Part shown: piece by piece, positions 1 to 11,037 of the stretch
Numbering within the stretch: position 1 is the first letter of the stretch
How the letters are laid out: each line of letters starts with the position of its first letter
DNA from: Spirochaetota bacterium
GTDB lineage: Bacteria; Spirochaetota; UBA4802; UBA5550
Direction: 5' to 3'
NCBI GenBank assembly: GCA_963664815.2
Contig: CAXXHB010000003.1
Location: 3,040,001-3,104,000, forward strand
Length of the DNA: 64,000 bases
Translations under genes and position numbers: made by a program
The notes under the pieces: model-generated
The model's input: only the letters and a program-made list of their open reading frames with translations
Told to the model about the DNA's origin: nothing
Databases searched by the model: none

Positions 1-738
1 ATCCGTAAAAAAAATTCTCTTTATGCCGAATTTTAATTTTAATAATTCAATTTCCTCAATAATACTTGGAATGGTTCTCATCCTTATGCCTGTAAATGAT
101 TTTGAGCAAAATGTACAATGATAAGGGCATCCTCTGCCGCAACTTATATTGATAGTTCTTTCATTATGGCATATACTGATTTTTGATATACTGTTGATAT
201 AACGTTCAGTTGGAAAAATATCATACGGGATCATCGGAATTAAGTCGAGATTTTTAATATATTCTTGTTGTGAAGATATTAGTATTTCATTGTTATCATT
301 TTTATAAATTATACCATTTACCAAATGCAGATTATCTAAATTTGAAAGGATTTTTTTTATAGTAATTTCACCCTCACTGATTACGCATATATCAATATGA
401 GTATTTTTTAAAACAATTTCTGAGCTATAGGTAGCAAGAATCCCTCCAAGAATTATTTTTATATTTCTATTAATTTTTTTTATTTCCGCTGAAATCCACT
501 TAATATATTTATATTGGGTACTCATTGCAGTGATCCCAACAACATCACACCCGCAATTTTTTATAAAAATCAATACTTCATCATTTGTAATATCTGAAAC
601 ATTAACATCAAGAATTTCAATTTCATACTTTTCTTCTAAAATTGATGCAGCTATATAACCTAATCCAATAGGAAAAAATGCCTCTTCCCTTCTCTTCCCA
701 TCATATTCTACAGGAGGATTTATTAATAAAACTTTCAA
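1..738 (-). CDS. B12-binding radical SAM protein (3' end beyond window start)
   Basis: Not in the ORF track; translated by hand from TTG at 738: MKVLLINPPVEYDGKRREEAFFPIGLGYIAAS (cobalamin-binding N-terminus) and GRGCPYHCTFC (CxxxCxxC) near 105-140. Confidence 0.9.
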   Translation of the reverse strand, partial: MKVLLINPPVEYDGKRREEAFFPIGLGYIAASILEEKYEIEILDVNVSDITNDEVLIFIKNCGCDVVGITAMSTQYKYIKWISAEIKKINRNIKIILGGILATYSSEIVLKNTHIDICVISEGEITIKKILSNLDNLHLVNGIIYKNDNNEILISSQQEYIKNLDLIPMIPYDIFPTERYINSISKISICHNERTINISCGRGCPYHCTFCSKSFTGIRMRTIPSIIEEIELLKLKFGIKRIFFTD

Positions 739-785
739 TTATATTTACCCCTTTTTTATTATAAAAACTCATTGCACATAAACGA

Positions 786-1907
786 TCATCTGGTCTCAAA
801 AAAGTCTATTGATTTATTTATTATTGAATCCCAACTAAATTGTTTGATCCATTCAAGTCCTTTTTTTGAATAGGCTTCACGATTCTCTACACTTGAAAAA
901 ATTAAATCAAAAACCTTTGTTGTTTCATCAACATCAGAAGGATCTTCAATAATAATTCCGGCATTTCCCACTGCTTCTATTAACAAAGATGAAGTAATAA
1001 CTGGTGTACCTGTACTCATTGCTTCTTTTAATAAAATTGTTTCACCATCACATGTTGAAGTACATATATAGTAATAAGCTTGCTTATAGATTTCCACTAA
1101 TTCATCTTCGGGTATCCATGTCAAATAAATTCCCCTTTCTTCATCAATAATAGGTTTCATTAACGCTTCAATATCAACATGAGGCGACGTTTTATTCTTT
1201 CCAACTACGACCAGTGAAATATCGTCATATTTTTTATATATTTTTTTAAAAGACTCGATAATAACATCCACATTTCTGCGTGTATATATTACACCAAGAG
1301 ATAGTAAATATCTATTTTTTAAATTATATTTCTTTTTAATATCCACTGCATTATCTTTCTCTTTGGTTTCATTAAATTTATCTTCTGCAGCAAATTGAAC
1401 GATATGAATTTTATTTTCAGAAATATGATAGTACTTTTCTATCTGTTTAGCATCAAAATGTGAACATGTTATTACGCCTGCAGCCTTACTGCATGAATGA
1501 CGAGAAAAAGGAGAAAGTGACAATCTATCTAAAAAACTAAATTGCTGAGGGTGAGTTGTGAATGAGATATCCCATGCTGCAATAACTAACTTCGGAATTT
1601 TTAAAAACCATGGAGCTGTATACCATGGAGAAAAAAACAGATCAAGATTATCTTTTTTAATTTGTCTATTCATCAATAATTGCTCAGTAACAATTCTTCT
1701 TTTCTTTAATATTTCAGGCCCATTTATAATTCTATACTCAAAAGAAGGGTTTTTTAAAAATTCATCATCCGGTATAAAATGAGTAAAATACAATACGAAT
1801 GTATGCTTATCGCTTTTTTGAGGCCACTGTTTTAACAAATTTAATACATATCTGGCAGGCCCACCTCTCTGCCATTCAAGACAACGTGAATCAATTCCTA
1901 TTCGCAT
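786..1907 (-). CDS. Glycosyltransferase family 4 (GT-B)
   Basis: MRIGIDSR...GGPARY N-terminus; RRNVD and LKEAMSTGTPVITS GT4 C-terminal motifs. Confidence 0.9.
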   Translation of the reverse strand: MRIGIDSRCLEWQRGGPARYVLNLLKQWPQKSDKHTFVLYFTHFIPDDEFLKNPSFEYRIINGPEILKKRRIVTEQLLMNRQIKKDNLDLFFSPWYTAPWFLKIPKLVIAAWDISFTTHPQQFSFLDRLSLSPFSRHSCSKAAGVITCSHFDAKQIEKYYHISENKIHIVQFAAEDKFNETKEKDNAVDIKKKYNLKNRYLLSLGVIYTRRNVDVIIESFKKIYKKYDDISLVVVGKNKTSPHVDIEALMKPIIDEERGIYLTWIPEDELVEIYKQAYYYICTSTCDGETILLKEAMSTGTPVITSSLLIEAVGNAGIIIEDPSDVDETTKVFDLIFSSVENREAYSKKGLEWIKQFSWDSIINKSIDFFETR

Positions 1908-1941
1908 TTTTTCCTCATAAAAAATTTATAAATATAACGAT

Positions 1942-3249
1942 TTAAAGCTTATTTGTATATACTTGAAATTTTGATTCATAATCGATACTGGATATAATAC
2001 CAACTAAAGCAAATACATATATATGGAAGTAAAATGAAGAAAATAATGTATTTGTAAATGATGCTAATATCATTGATATCAAACCAGTTGTTAATCCATG
2101 AATTATTGCTTTCTGTTTAATAAGAGGGGCTTTTTCAGCTACTTTATTAGCCCATTTAATAAGGGAAATCATCGCTATAATGATAAATATTATACCAATT
2201 ATACCAGTTTTTGCCAGAAAATTGACCCATTCGAGTTCCTGTAAATATGGTTTTGGTAAATCAATATTAAAACCTTCAAAATCGTATAAAACCAACCCAA
2301 ATCCTCTCCCAAATAATGGATTTTTACAGAACTCATCAATTAATAAATTAAATTGTGTTAATCTGAAATTTACTCCCTGTTCAACAGTATTTCCGTAAAA
2401 TCCCGCAAGCTTTAAAATAGGCAATTCCGTTATCATCATAAAAAAAATCATAAACAAAAACATAAAACAAATCATGATAATAATTTTTTTAATACTCATT
2501 TGAAATTTTGCATTTCTGATATAATAAATCGATGAAACAGCAATAGCAACATAAAACCCGCGCATACCTGCAAGTATTATCGATATGAAAACTACGATAA
2601 AAAACATTACATTTTTTTTACTCCTCTCAACCTGTAAAATTGAAAAGGATAGAAAAAAGAAAGGCATTAATATAAAATTTCCTTTTACATTTATTTTCAG
2701 ATAAGTAATATTAAGATAAAAATCTATTATAAAAGCAGAATACATTTTAAGTAAAATTATTATCATATAAATTAATAATGAATATAATATCACTTTCCAT
2801 ACATCCTTTTTCCATGTCAAAGATATGAAAAAAGGGATTGTAAAATAAACTAAGAAATTCGCAGTTTCCAGCAGTACAAATCTTAATAAATTATCACCAA
2901 ATAAACCCGAAACAAAACCTAAAATGATGAAGGAAAAAACAAATATAATAAATTGTATCGAACGCGATGGTATTATAATCTGCTTAGACAATAAAGCCAA
3001 CATAGTCATTGTTATAAAACAAATGAAAAGTATATAATGAATATGATTAAAATAACTATTATATTCCAAAGACAATTCTTTTAAAGGAATACCAAATACT
3101 GTAGCACTATCTTTTGATATATCAATAGCTTGAAAAAAAAATATAAAAAATAAAAACAAAATCGGTGGATTAATTAATAATTTTATTAAATTCTTTGAAC
3201 TTAACGAATCTATAATAATTCCATTTTTCATTATTTTATAAAAAACCAA
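1942..3249 (-). CDS. O-antigen polymerase/ligase family membrane protein
   Basis: Many TM segments; periplasmic FR...NPLFGRGFG and KTGIIG pattern; glycan locus context. Confidence 0.75.
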   Translation of the reverse strand: MVFYKIMKNGIIIDSLSSKNLIKLLINPPILFLFFIFFFQAIDISKDSATVFGIPLKELSLEYNSYFNHIHYILFICFITMTMLALLSKQIIIPSRSIQFIIFVFSFIILGFVSGLFGDNLLRFVLLETANFLVYFTIPFFISLTWKKDVWKVILYSLLIYMIIILLKMYSAFIIDFYLNITYLKINVKGNFILMPFFFLSFSILQVERSKKNVMFFIVVFISIILAGMRGFYVAIAVSSIYYIRNAKFQMSIKKIIIMICFMFLFMIFFMMITELPILKLAGFYGNTVEQGVNFRLTQFNLLIDEFCKNPLFGRGFGLVLYDFEGFNIDLPKPYLQELEWVNFLAKTGIIGIIFIIIAMISLIKWANKVAEKAPLIKQKAIIHGLTTGLISMILASFTNTLFSSFYFHIYVFALVGIISSIDYESKFQVYTNKL

Positions 3250-3252
3250 TAA

Positions 3253-3954
3253 CTAATTTTTTTCACACATCAACTCCTGTATTAAGAATTCTGCAAATTT
3301 AAAATCAAAGGCATTATCAATATCCAATGAATACTTATTCTCCATTATATAACCATACATATTATCTTGAATAAAAAAAGACTTTTCCTGTAGAAGCTTA
3401 TCTGTATTACAAATATATATGGCGCCATTAAGTCTGTAATATTTATCAATATCCTGGGATCGTTTATTTTTTAATTCATCCCTTAAAAAATTTCTCATAC
3501 TTCCGTCTTCAGGAATTGTATTACACCAGAGAGGAGAATGTTCTGTTTCGCATATTGAAATAATAGCATCGGCATTTTTTTGCATCAATAGTTCTATAGC
3601 GGCATCAATATGCCTTTCATTTCTCAAGGGACTTGTTGGTTGCAACAAAACAATAAAATTATACCCAGGCATGTTATCAATTAAATTTTTAACAACCTCA
3701 AAGGTAGTTGCAGTATCCGAAGCCAGTTCATCAGGCCTTTTAAAAATATAAGCCCCGGATTGTTTGGAAACAGAAAGTATTTCTTCATCATCACTTGTGA
3801 CAATTAATTTATCTATATATTTACTTTTACAACCTGCATCAATAGTCCACGATACAAGAGGTCTACCAGCCAATAACATAATATTTTTCCGCGGTAACCG
3901 TTTGCTCCCACCTCTCGCTGGTATTATACCAAGTATTTTTTTCCCGCAAATCAT
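3253..3954 (-). CDS. neuA: CMP-nonulosonic acid synthetase (NeuA/LegF family cytidylyltransferase)
   Basis: IIPARGGSKRLPRKN, LLQPTSPLR, SLDIDN. Start moved to ATG at 3954, which gives an ATGA overlap with the upstream stop. Confidence 0.92.
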   Translation of the reverse strand: MICGKKILGIIPARGGSKRLPRKNIMLLAGRPLVSWTIDAGCKSKYIDKLIVTSDDEEILSVSKQSGAYIFKRPDELASDTATTFEVVKNLIDNMPGYNFIVLLQPTSPLRNERHIDAAIELLMQKNADAIISICETEHSPLWCNTIPEDGSMRNFLRDELKNKRSQDIDKYYRLNGAIYICNTDKLLQEKSFFIQDNMYGYIMENKYSLDIDNAFDFKFAEFLIQELMCEKN

Positions 3955-5027
3955 TGCACAACCAACCCCATTTGTGATATCACCCTGCGATACTCTTCCC
4001 ATTGTCCGATATCAATATAATCATTTTCGTTAACAGGATATGTCGCAACTTTTCCTCCATTTTTCATAATTAATTCCATCAGATGAGTCATATGAAAAAC
4101 CTCTCCTTCAGGTATATATTTCAAGCATTCAATATCAAGAATATAAACACCTGTATTTATACAGAAAGAATACTCCGGTTTTTCTTCAAACCCAGTTACA
4201 CCACCCCCAGGCTCAAACTGAATAACGCCATAAGGTATTTTATAGTGCTGAATAGATGAAAGAACAGTCAGCAGCGCTCCCGAATTTCTATGAAATTCTA
4301 AAACATCCGAGTAATCTGCTTTAACAATTATATCACAATTGGATACAATAAAAGTATTTGAAAAGTCTGGAGGTAATAATTTCAAACTGCCGGCAGTTCC
4401 AAGAAAAGCAACTTCCTTTAAATAATTTACGTTGTAAGCTTTTTCAATACAATCAAAATAGGCCTTAATCATTTCTCCACGATAATTAATTGTAAAGAAA
4501 AAATTATCAATTCCAAAAACTTGAAACTCATCTATAATTAATTCTAAAATTGTTTTATCGCCAATTGGTATTAATGGTTTAGGTAATACATTTGTAAATG
4601 GCGCCATTCGCGTACCCTTTCCCCCGGCCATAATTACAACAGGAATATTTAATTTTTTCTGGGAATACTTTACAATTTTCCTATTGCTTAAAGGAAATGT
4701 AAAAATATCGATAATAGAACCTCTTTCATCTATTATCGGTGCATAAATAATATCAAGTTCCTCCATTTCTGATAATACTTTATTTTTATCAAAAGGTTTA
4801 TGAATCTTAAAACAATTTTTATTGCAGGCTTCATTAACTTTTGTATCAAGAGTACCATTCAACAAAATAAATCTTCGTATATCTCCATCAGTTAATGATC
4901 CCAACAAAGTATTATTATCAGATACAACAAAAAGTATCTTTGAAGCTATCTCATCGAGTTTCTTCATTGTTTCTTTAATTGTAGCATTTTCATTTATCAG
5001 AACATCTTTAAATTTGAATTCTTTCAT
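3951..5027 (-). CDS. CBS-domain nucleotidyltransferase (PtmE-like) of legionaminic acid pathways
   Basis: N-terminal CBS pair (GSLTDGDIRR) plus MAGGKGTRMAPFTNVLPKPLIP NTP-transferase motif. Confidence 0.88.
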   Translation of the reverse strand: MKEFKFKDVLINENATIKETMKKLDEIASKILFVVSDNNTLLGSLTDGDIRRFILLNGTLDTKVNEACNKNCFKIHKPFDKNKVLSEMEELDIIYAPIIDERGSIIDIFTFPLSNRKIVKYSQKKLNIPVVIMAGGKGTRMAPFTNVLPKPLIPIGDKTILELIIDEFQVFGIDNFFFTINYRGEMIKAYFDCIEKAYNVNYLKEVAFLGTAGSLKLLPPDFSNTFIVSNCDIIVKADYSDVLEFHRNSGALLTVLSSIQHYKIPYGVIQFEPGGGVTGFEEKPEYSFCINTGVYILDIECLKYIPEGEVFHMTHLMELIMKNGGKVATYPVNENDYIDIGQWEEYRRVISQMGLVVQ

Positions 5028-5036
5028 TATATTCCT

Positions 5037-6200
5037 TTAGTGACTAATACCGTAAAATGTTTTTTTTAAAATATTTTCAAGAGATATTGATGTTATAACA
5101 TTTATTATTTTAGAACTTGTTTCCCCTTCACCATAAGGACTTTTTACGTTTTGAAGATTTTCATGAAATTCCGATGTATGCAATTTATCAAATGCAAATT
5201 GTATATCGTTCTCTGTTGCATCACAATCAATAATTGAATTGGCTTTAATTCTTCCCTTTTGCCTGTTTCCAATATTAATAGTTCCTATTTTAAATGAAGG
5301 GGCTTCAATAATACCGCTTGAAGAATTACCCACCACTGCATCAACAAATTGCATTGTTGATAAATAATTTAACTGACCCATTGATGTAAAAGATATTGAT
5401 TTGTCGGAATTATTTTTTACAAACTCATCAATCATCTGGTTAATAATTCTTCCATCAGTATCCGCATTCGCTTTGGTAAAAATAAAATATGATTCTTCTA
5501 ATGAGTTTAAAACATTTATTAAACTCATAAACTGCTTCTCTGCTGAATTTTTTTCAAGAGTAACAGGATGAAATGTTATTAGATAATTATATTTTTTAAA
5601 CATAATACCATGTGTGTTTGACAAAAGTTCTTTAGATAATAGCTTTAGTTGCTTAATATTATCATTCCCAATTGCTCCAACATTAAAAACATTCTGGGGA
5701 TTTTCACCAAGCTGAATCACTCTTTGCCTGTATTCTTCTGTCGAAGTGAAGTGTAAATGGCTCATTTTGGTAATGGCATGACGAAAAACGTCATCCATGG
5801 CTCCTTCTGTAATCTCGCCACCATGCAGATGAGCTATAGGAATACAACTTACAACAGCAGCAGCAGCACAACAGAAAATTTCGTATCGATCTCCAAGAAG
5901 AACAATTAGATCCGGATTCAGTCTCGACAACACCTCCCCCATTCCGAGAAGAACTAATCCCATCGATTTTGTAATTCCAACAGGAGAATCGGAACTCATC
6001 AGTATCTCCAGTTTTTCATCGATAAGAAAACCGTCTTCTTCAATTTTTTTATATGTTAATCCAAACTCAGGGGATAAATGAGAACCTGTAACTACTACTT
6101 GCAATTCCAATTCTTCTGATGATTTTATTTCATCCATCAAAGGTTTTAGAAGACCATATTCAGCTCTTGTTCCCGTTATTACACATACTTTTCGTTTCAT
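5037..6200 (-). CDS. neuC: Hydrolysing sugar-nucleotide 2-epimerase (NeuC/LegG)
   Basis: TGTRAEYGLL, LGDRYE, HLHGGE, GNSSSGIIEAP. Confidence 0.93.
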   Translation of the reverse strand: MKRKVCVITGTRAEYGLLKPLMDEIKSSEELELQVVVTGSHLSPEFGLTYKKIEEDGFLIDEKLEILMSSDSPVGITKSMGLVLLGMGEVLSRLNPDLIVLLGDRYEIFCCAAAAVVSCIPIAHLHGGEITEGAMDDVFRHAITKMSHLHFTSTEEYRQRVIQLGENPQNVFNVGAIGNDNIKQLKLLSKELLSNTHGIMFKKYNYLITFHPVTLEKNSAEKQFMSLINVLNSLEESYFIFTKANADTDGRIINQMIDEFVKNNSDKSISFTSMGQLNYLSTMQFVDAVVGNSSSGIIEAPSFKIGTINIGNRQKGRIKANSIIDCDATENDIQFAFDKLHTSEFHENLQNVKSPYGEGETSSKIINVITSISLENILKKTFYGISH

Positions 6201-7198
6201 ATCATCTCATCTTCTTGGTAATCTTTTTGAGCAATACTACCTACCATTTCATCCCATCGCATTGGATTTATGCCATTGCCGGGCCTTTTTATTGTAATAT
6301 TACTTTCGTTTAAAACTTCTCCTTTTTTTATATTGCAACAGGCAACAATACTTTTCCTGGCAACCGCTTTATTTTTAAATTCAGTTTTGCCCGGTTTTTT
6401 TATACCATCACCAATTGCCAGCTCAATATTTCGTATTGCTTTTACCATCGCCTTCAACTCTTCAGGCTCCAGGCTGGCTTTATGGTCTGGACCTTCCATT
6501 GTCTTATCAAGAGTAAAGTGTTTTTCTATAACACTTGCACCCAATGCCGCTGCTGCGATAGGTATTTCAATACCTACAGTATGATCACTATACCCGTAAG
6601 CTATTTTAAAAGTTTTCCCGATAGTAACCATAGCTCTCAGATTCACATCATCCATCGGCGTAGGATATTCTGTAGTTGCGTGCAGAATAGTTATATTCTC
6701 TTTTTCAGTTCCGGACTCCAGAAGAATATCAAGCGCATCTTCAATCTCTCCTATATTAGCCATTCCCGTTGATAGTATAACCTTTTTATTTAATCTGCCT
6801 ATATGTCTAAGAAATGGAAGATTTGTTATCTCCCCGCTTGGAATCTTGAATATTTCTAACTCTAAATTTTTTAAAAGATCAATGCTGCCATGATCAAAGG
6901 GGGTAGATAAAAACATGATATTTTTTAATTTACAATATGCAGCTAATTCTTTATGATTATCAATATCCAATTCCAGCTTTTTTAGCATTTCATATTGACT
7001 TTCATTTATACCAGTTGCCAGCTTCTGATAGTCTGCTTTCTGAGCATTTTTTGAAACCAGTTTATCTGCTTTGAATGTCTGAAATTTCACTGCATCTGCA
7101 CCGCATGCCGCAGCGACATCGATTAGTTTCTTCGCAATGGCAATATCCCCATTATGATTAACACCAGCCTCTGCGATAATAAAAACCTTACTGTTCAT
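6197..7198 (-). CDS. neuB: Nonulosonic acid synthase (NeuB/LegI)
   Basis: IIAEAGVNHNG, KIPSGE, GYSDHT, IEKHFTLD, GPDHKASL; C-terminal SAF domain. Confidence 0.95.
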   Translation of the reverse strand: MNSKVFIIAEAGVNHNGDIAIAKKLIDVAAACGADAVKFQTFKADKLVSKNAQKADYQKLATGINESQYEMLKKLELDIDNHKELAAYCKLKNIMFLSTPFDHGSIDLLKNLELEIFKIPSGEITNLPFLRHIGRLNKKVILSTGMANIGEIEDALDILLESGTEKENITILHATTEYPTPMDDVNLRAMVTIGKTFKIAYGYSDHTVGIEIPIAAAALGASVIEKHFTLDKTMEGPDHKASLEPEELKAMVKAIRNIELAIGDGIKKPGKTEFKNKAVARKSIVACCNIKKGEVLNESNITIKRPGNGINPMRWDEMVGSIAQKDYQEDEMI

Positions 7199-7817
7199 TT
7201 ATTTTCCTTAAAGGATTGCCGGCATAAACACCAGGTTTTACAATTGACTTACGCACCAGTGACCCGGCACCTATAACAATGTTATCTGCTATTTCAACTC
7301 CCTGCACAACCACAGATCCACTGCCGATAAAACAGCCCATACCTACAACTGCATTTCCATTGATACAGGCAGTTGTTGATATATGAGTGTGACTCCCAAT
7401 TACTGCATCATGCTCAATAATTGCCCCTGAATTTATTATGCAGTTTTCTCCAACTTCAGCCCCGCCATTTACAAGCGAATGGTGAAACAAAACTGTTCCC
7501 GCTCCAATCTTTGCATGTTTCGATATGACTGATGTTGAAGCTGAAATTACCGGTAGTACAGCGCCATAATCATTCAGTTTTAAAAATGCTTTTTTTCTTA
7601 TAACCGGACTTTTTATTGAACCTATTGTTACTACAACATTCATGAACTCGTCGATAAGCCGTGGAAGATCCTCATCCGAACCTAACCATGGTATATCATA
7701 GAAGTCATTGCATTTTTCATCAACAAAACCCTCAACTGAATAGATTCCCGCCGACTCGACAACTTCCAGAACAGAAGCAGCATGACCGCCTGCACCGACA
7801 AAAATAAGCTTTTTCAT
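7188..7817 (-). CDS. neuD: NeuD/PglD-family sugar acetyltransferase (hexapeptide repeat)
   Basis: GAGGHA N-terminal motif; hexapeptide repeats IINSGAIIEHD and YAGNP. Confidence 0.88.
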   Translation of the reverse strand: MKKLIFVGAGGHAASVLEVVESAGIYSVEGFVDEKCNDFYDIPWLGSDEDLPRLIDEFMNVVVTIGSIKSPVIRKKAFLKLNDYGAVLPVISASTSVISKHAKIGAGTVLFHHSLVNGGAEVGENCIINSGAIIEHDAVIGSHTHISTTACINGNAVVGMGCFIGSGSVVVQGVEIADNIVIGAGSLVRKSIVKPGVYAGNPLRKINEQ

Positions 7818-8971
7818 TTATTATTCACCCGGACACTGCTTGGTAAATTTACAACCCGTTCTTCAAGCCATTGCGAATTAATTAAGTCTTGTGCAAAACA
7901 ATGCTTGTACATCGGAAGTGTTGACAATAACTTCCATATAGGGCGAACCATAACTCCTTGTTCATTCATCTCTTTTAAGAATATATCTTTATACTCTTTT
8001 GATTCCAAAATTATTGCATTAAGCCAGTAATTCGAACGACATTTTTCAGGTTCATTAACAAACTGTACAGAGCAATCTTTAAACAATAATTTATAATGCT
8101 CGGCAAGATCCCGTTTATCTTTCAAAAATAATTCCAGTTTAGTCATTTGGGCACATCCAAGAGCTGCATTGATATTAGGCATTCTGTAATTATAACCAAT
8201 TTCATCATGAAAAAATTCCCAGGGATGTGGAATTTTTGCGGTTGTAGTCAGATGTTTAAGTCTATTACCCAACTCAATATCATTAGTAATAATAGTCCCT
8301 CCACCACCTGTTGTAACAATCTTATTTCCATTATAACTAAGTGCACCTGCTACACCGAAAAGTCCGGTATGGATGCCTTCTCTGGTTGATCCTAACGATT
8401 CAGCTGCATCTTCAATGACAGGAATATTATATTCATTACAAATACGGACAAGTTCATCAATTCTCGCTGGATGGCCGAATGTATGCATCGGTACACATGC
8501 AGCAATTTTTTTCTTACTTTTATTATTATAAGTAAAACCATCATCCTTGAGCTCTGCATATTCATCTAAAAATGTTTTTAAAGCAGCAGGGGACAAACCC
8601 ATAGTATCAATATCTACATCAAGAAAAACCGGTTCTGCACCAGTATAGGATATTGCATTTGCAGTTGCTATAAATGACAACGATTGAGTTAAAACTTCAG
8701 TCCCATATTCAGCCCCTAGTTGTTCAAGAGTTACATGTATAGCTGAAGTTCCATTAACTGTAACAACAGCTTTTTTTGCTCCGGTAAAATTCTCTGTCAT
8801 TTTTTCAAACAGATCAACATACTTCCCGACAGAAGAAACATAAGTGGAATCAATGCAATCCGCTAAAAGATCTTTTTCCATGGAATCAAATCTGGGTTCA
8901 TGAAGAGATATATTATCATTAGATTTATACCAATCGCGAACAAAAGAAATTGTCTGTTCTATTATTTTCAC
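7814..8971 (-). CDS. legC: LegC-family PLP aminotransferase (DegT/DnrJ)
   Basis: ISLHEPRF, DSTYVSSVGKYVD, EDAAESLG, SYNGNKIVTTGGGG, GYNYRMPNINAALG. Confidence 0.92.
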   Translation of the reverse strand: MKIIEQTISFVRDWYKSNDNISLHEPRFDSMEKDLLADCIDSTYVSSVGKYVDLFEKMTENFTGAKKAVVTVNGTSAIHVTLEQLGAEYGTEVLTQSLSFIATANAISYTGAEPVFLDVDIDTMGLSPAALKTFLDEYAELKDDGFTYNNKSKKKIAACVPMHTFGHPARIDELVRICNEYNIPVIEDAAESLGSTREGIHTGLFGVAGALSYNGNKIVTTGGGGTIITNDIELGNRLKHLTTTAKIPHPWEFFHDEIGYNYRMPNINAALGCAQMTKLELFLKDKRDLAEHYKLLFKDCSVQFVNEPEKCRSNYWLNAIILESKEYKDIFLKEMNEQGVMVRPIWKLLSTLPMYKHCFAQDLINSQWLEERVVNLPSSVRVNNK

Positions 8972-9419
8972 AATTCACCTGTATTTTTAATTTTACAGCT
9001 TTTTAAAATAAAAAAATTCCGTAAAACCCAATAAATCATTTAATTAATCTTTTACCTGTAATATCGCATTTTGAAATGTAAAATGGTCATTAGACTTAAG
9101 AGTTTAGTTTTTAAATTTAAAAAAACTCCTGATCATGACCATATATAGTTGTAATAAAGTACATTTCTCCAGATTTCAAGTAGTAATAAAATAAAACATT
9201 ATATACTGCAGTGTAGAAATGAGTTTTTTAATAACTTTCTCTTTAAATCCTGAAAAAGATATACATACGAAAATATGTCATTTGCATCTAATAAAATATT
9301 AGATGTTAATTTTATTACTATAAGATAAAGAACATTTTCATTTTTATATCAATGATTCATCAATAGTTCAAGAATGATTTTCTATTAATGTATTTTTATA
9401 AATAAAACTAAAAAATAAA

Positions 9420-9749
9420 TTAAATTCTAACTGATTCTTTAGCAGTTTTTATCTCTTCTGCTATCCTCTCATAATCAGCTTCCTTCCTCTTTATATAATC
9501 AAGGGTAATATTATATTTCGCTTTTATTCCTTTCGGAGTAAACACGTAACGATAACCCGATTTATTGCCGGAACCAATAAATCGTTCTAATTTAATGAAA
9601 CCTTTCTCTACGAGGGCCTTAATAATAAAATTAATTTTACCTAAACTTAATTGTAGCTTAACTGCAAGTTCACGTTGAGATATTTCTGAATTTTTTTCTA
9701 ATTCAGATAAAACCATATATTCGGTGTTAAAGCTATCTATTGCGTTCAT
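9420..9749 (-). CDS. EPS-associated MarR-family transcriptional regulator (copy 1)
   Basis: SQRELA..L.LSLGKINF..KAL.EKG...YRYVFTPKG. Start set at ATG 9749 by alignment with copy 2; the ORF track starts at 9764. Confidence 0.9.
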   Translation of the reverse strand: MNAIDSFNTEYMVLSELEKNSEISQRELAVKLQLSLGKINFIIKALVEKGFIKLERFIGSGNKSGYRYVFTPKGIKAKYNITLDYIKRKEADYERIAEEIKTAKESVRI

Positions 9750-9786
9750 TACATGAACATCCATACATAAAATAACTCTTTGTCAA
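9743..9786 (-). promoter_or_regulatory. sigma70 -35 box plus TGTTCA-N5-TGAAC palindrome overlapping the MarR start
   Basis: Minus strand reads TTGACA-N21-TGTTCAtgtaaTGAACG; the same layout occurs at 13197-13239. Confidence 0.6.
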
Positions 9787-9951
9787 GTAAATTTAAAAAA
9801 GTATTCATGTACTCAATTTAAAATTATGGATACTATATATTTATAATAACACACATTGAGTGGATTGAATAACCAAATTTTTTAATGAACTAAAAAACTT
9901 ATAGAATAAAATTCTTCATATGTTAAAAAATGTTTCATGACTTTACATCTT

Positions 9952-11037
9952 TTATTCATGATAAGAAATAGTATAATATCCATGACTCTTTACCAATTCA
10001 TCACGCTCAGCAATCTTTAAATCCTCTATCACCATCTCCTTTACCAATTCCGTGAATGATGTTTTTGGTTCCCAACCAAGCTTTTCTTTTGCTTTAGATG
10101 GATCGCCCAATAGATTTTCAACTTCGGTTGGACGAAAATAGACCGGATCAATAGAGACTATGCATTTACCTAATTCATTGTAACCTTTCTCATCAACACC
10201 ATCACCTTCCCATATAATATTGATGCCCAACTCTCTTGCTGCTACATTAACGAAATCACGAACACTATATTGCACTCCCGTCGCAATAACAAAATCTTCA
10301 GGCTTTTCCTGTTGAAGCATAAGCCATTGCATTTCAATATAATCTCTAGCATGACCCCAATCCCGCAGAGCATTAAGATTCCCAAGAAACAGTTGATCCT
10401 GTAATCCAAGTTTAATACGTGCTAAAGCACGGGTAATCTTGCGTGTAACGAAGTTTTCTCCTCTTACTGGAGATTCGTGGTTGAACAGAATACCATTACA
10501 TGCATAGATGCCATATGCTTCACGGTAATTTACTGTAATCCAATATGCATATAGTTTAGCTACTGCATAGGGACTTCGAGGATAAAAAGGAGTTGTCTCT
10601 TTTTGTGGTATTTCCTGAACCAATCCAAAAAGTTCAGACGTACTGGCCTGGTAAAAACGTGTTTTTTTACTTAATCCGAGAATTCGGATTGCTTCAAGTA
10701 TACGCAATGCACCTAAAGCATCCGCATCTGCCGTATATTCAGGTTCTTCGAATGAAACAGCTACATGGCTCTGTGCAGCCAGATTATATATTTCATCCGG
10801 TTGAGTTTGTTGTATAATACGTGTTATATTAGAAGAGTCAGTTAAATCACCATGATGTAGAAAAAAACGGACTTCCGGATTGTGAGGGTCTTTATATAAA
10901 TGATCAATTCTCGTGGTATTAAAGCTGGATGCTCTTCTTTTAATTCCATGAACAGTATACCCTTTATTAAGTAGAAATTCTGCCAGATAAGATCCATCCT
11001 GTCCTGTAATACCTGTAATCAATGCAACCTTTTTCAT
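9952..11037 (-). CDS. gmd: GDP-mannose 4,6-dehydratase
   Basis: [37 protein letters not shown]. Likely start MKKVAL at 11037. Confidence 0.97.
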   Translation of the reverse strand: MKKVALITGITGQDGSYLAEFLLNKGYTVHGIKRRASSFNTTRIDHLYKDPHNPEVRFFLHHGDLTDSSNITRIIQQTQPDEIYNLAAQSHVAVSFEEPEYTADADALGALRILEAIRILGLSKKTRFYQASTSELFGLVQEIPQKETTPFYPRSPYAVAKLYAYWITVNYREAYGIYACNGILFNHESPVRGENFVTRKITRALARIKLGLQDQLFLGNLNALRDWGHARDYIEMQWLMLQQEKPEDFVIATGVQYSVRDFVNVAARELGINIIWEGDGVDEKGYNELGKCIVSIDPVYFRPTEVENLLGDPSKAKEKLGWEPKTSFTELVKEMVIEDLKIAERDELVKSHGYYTISYHE

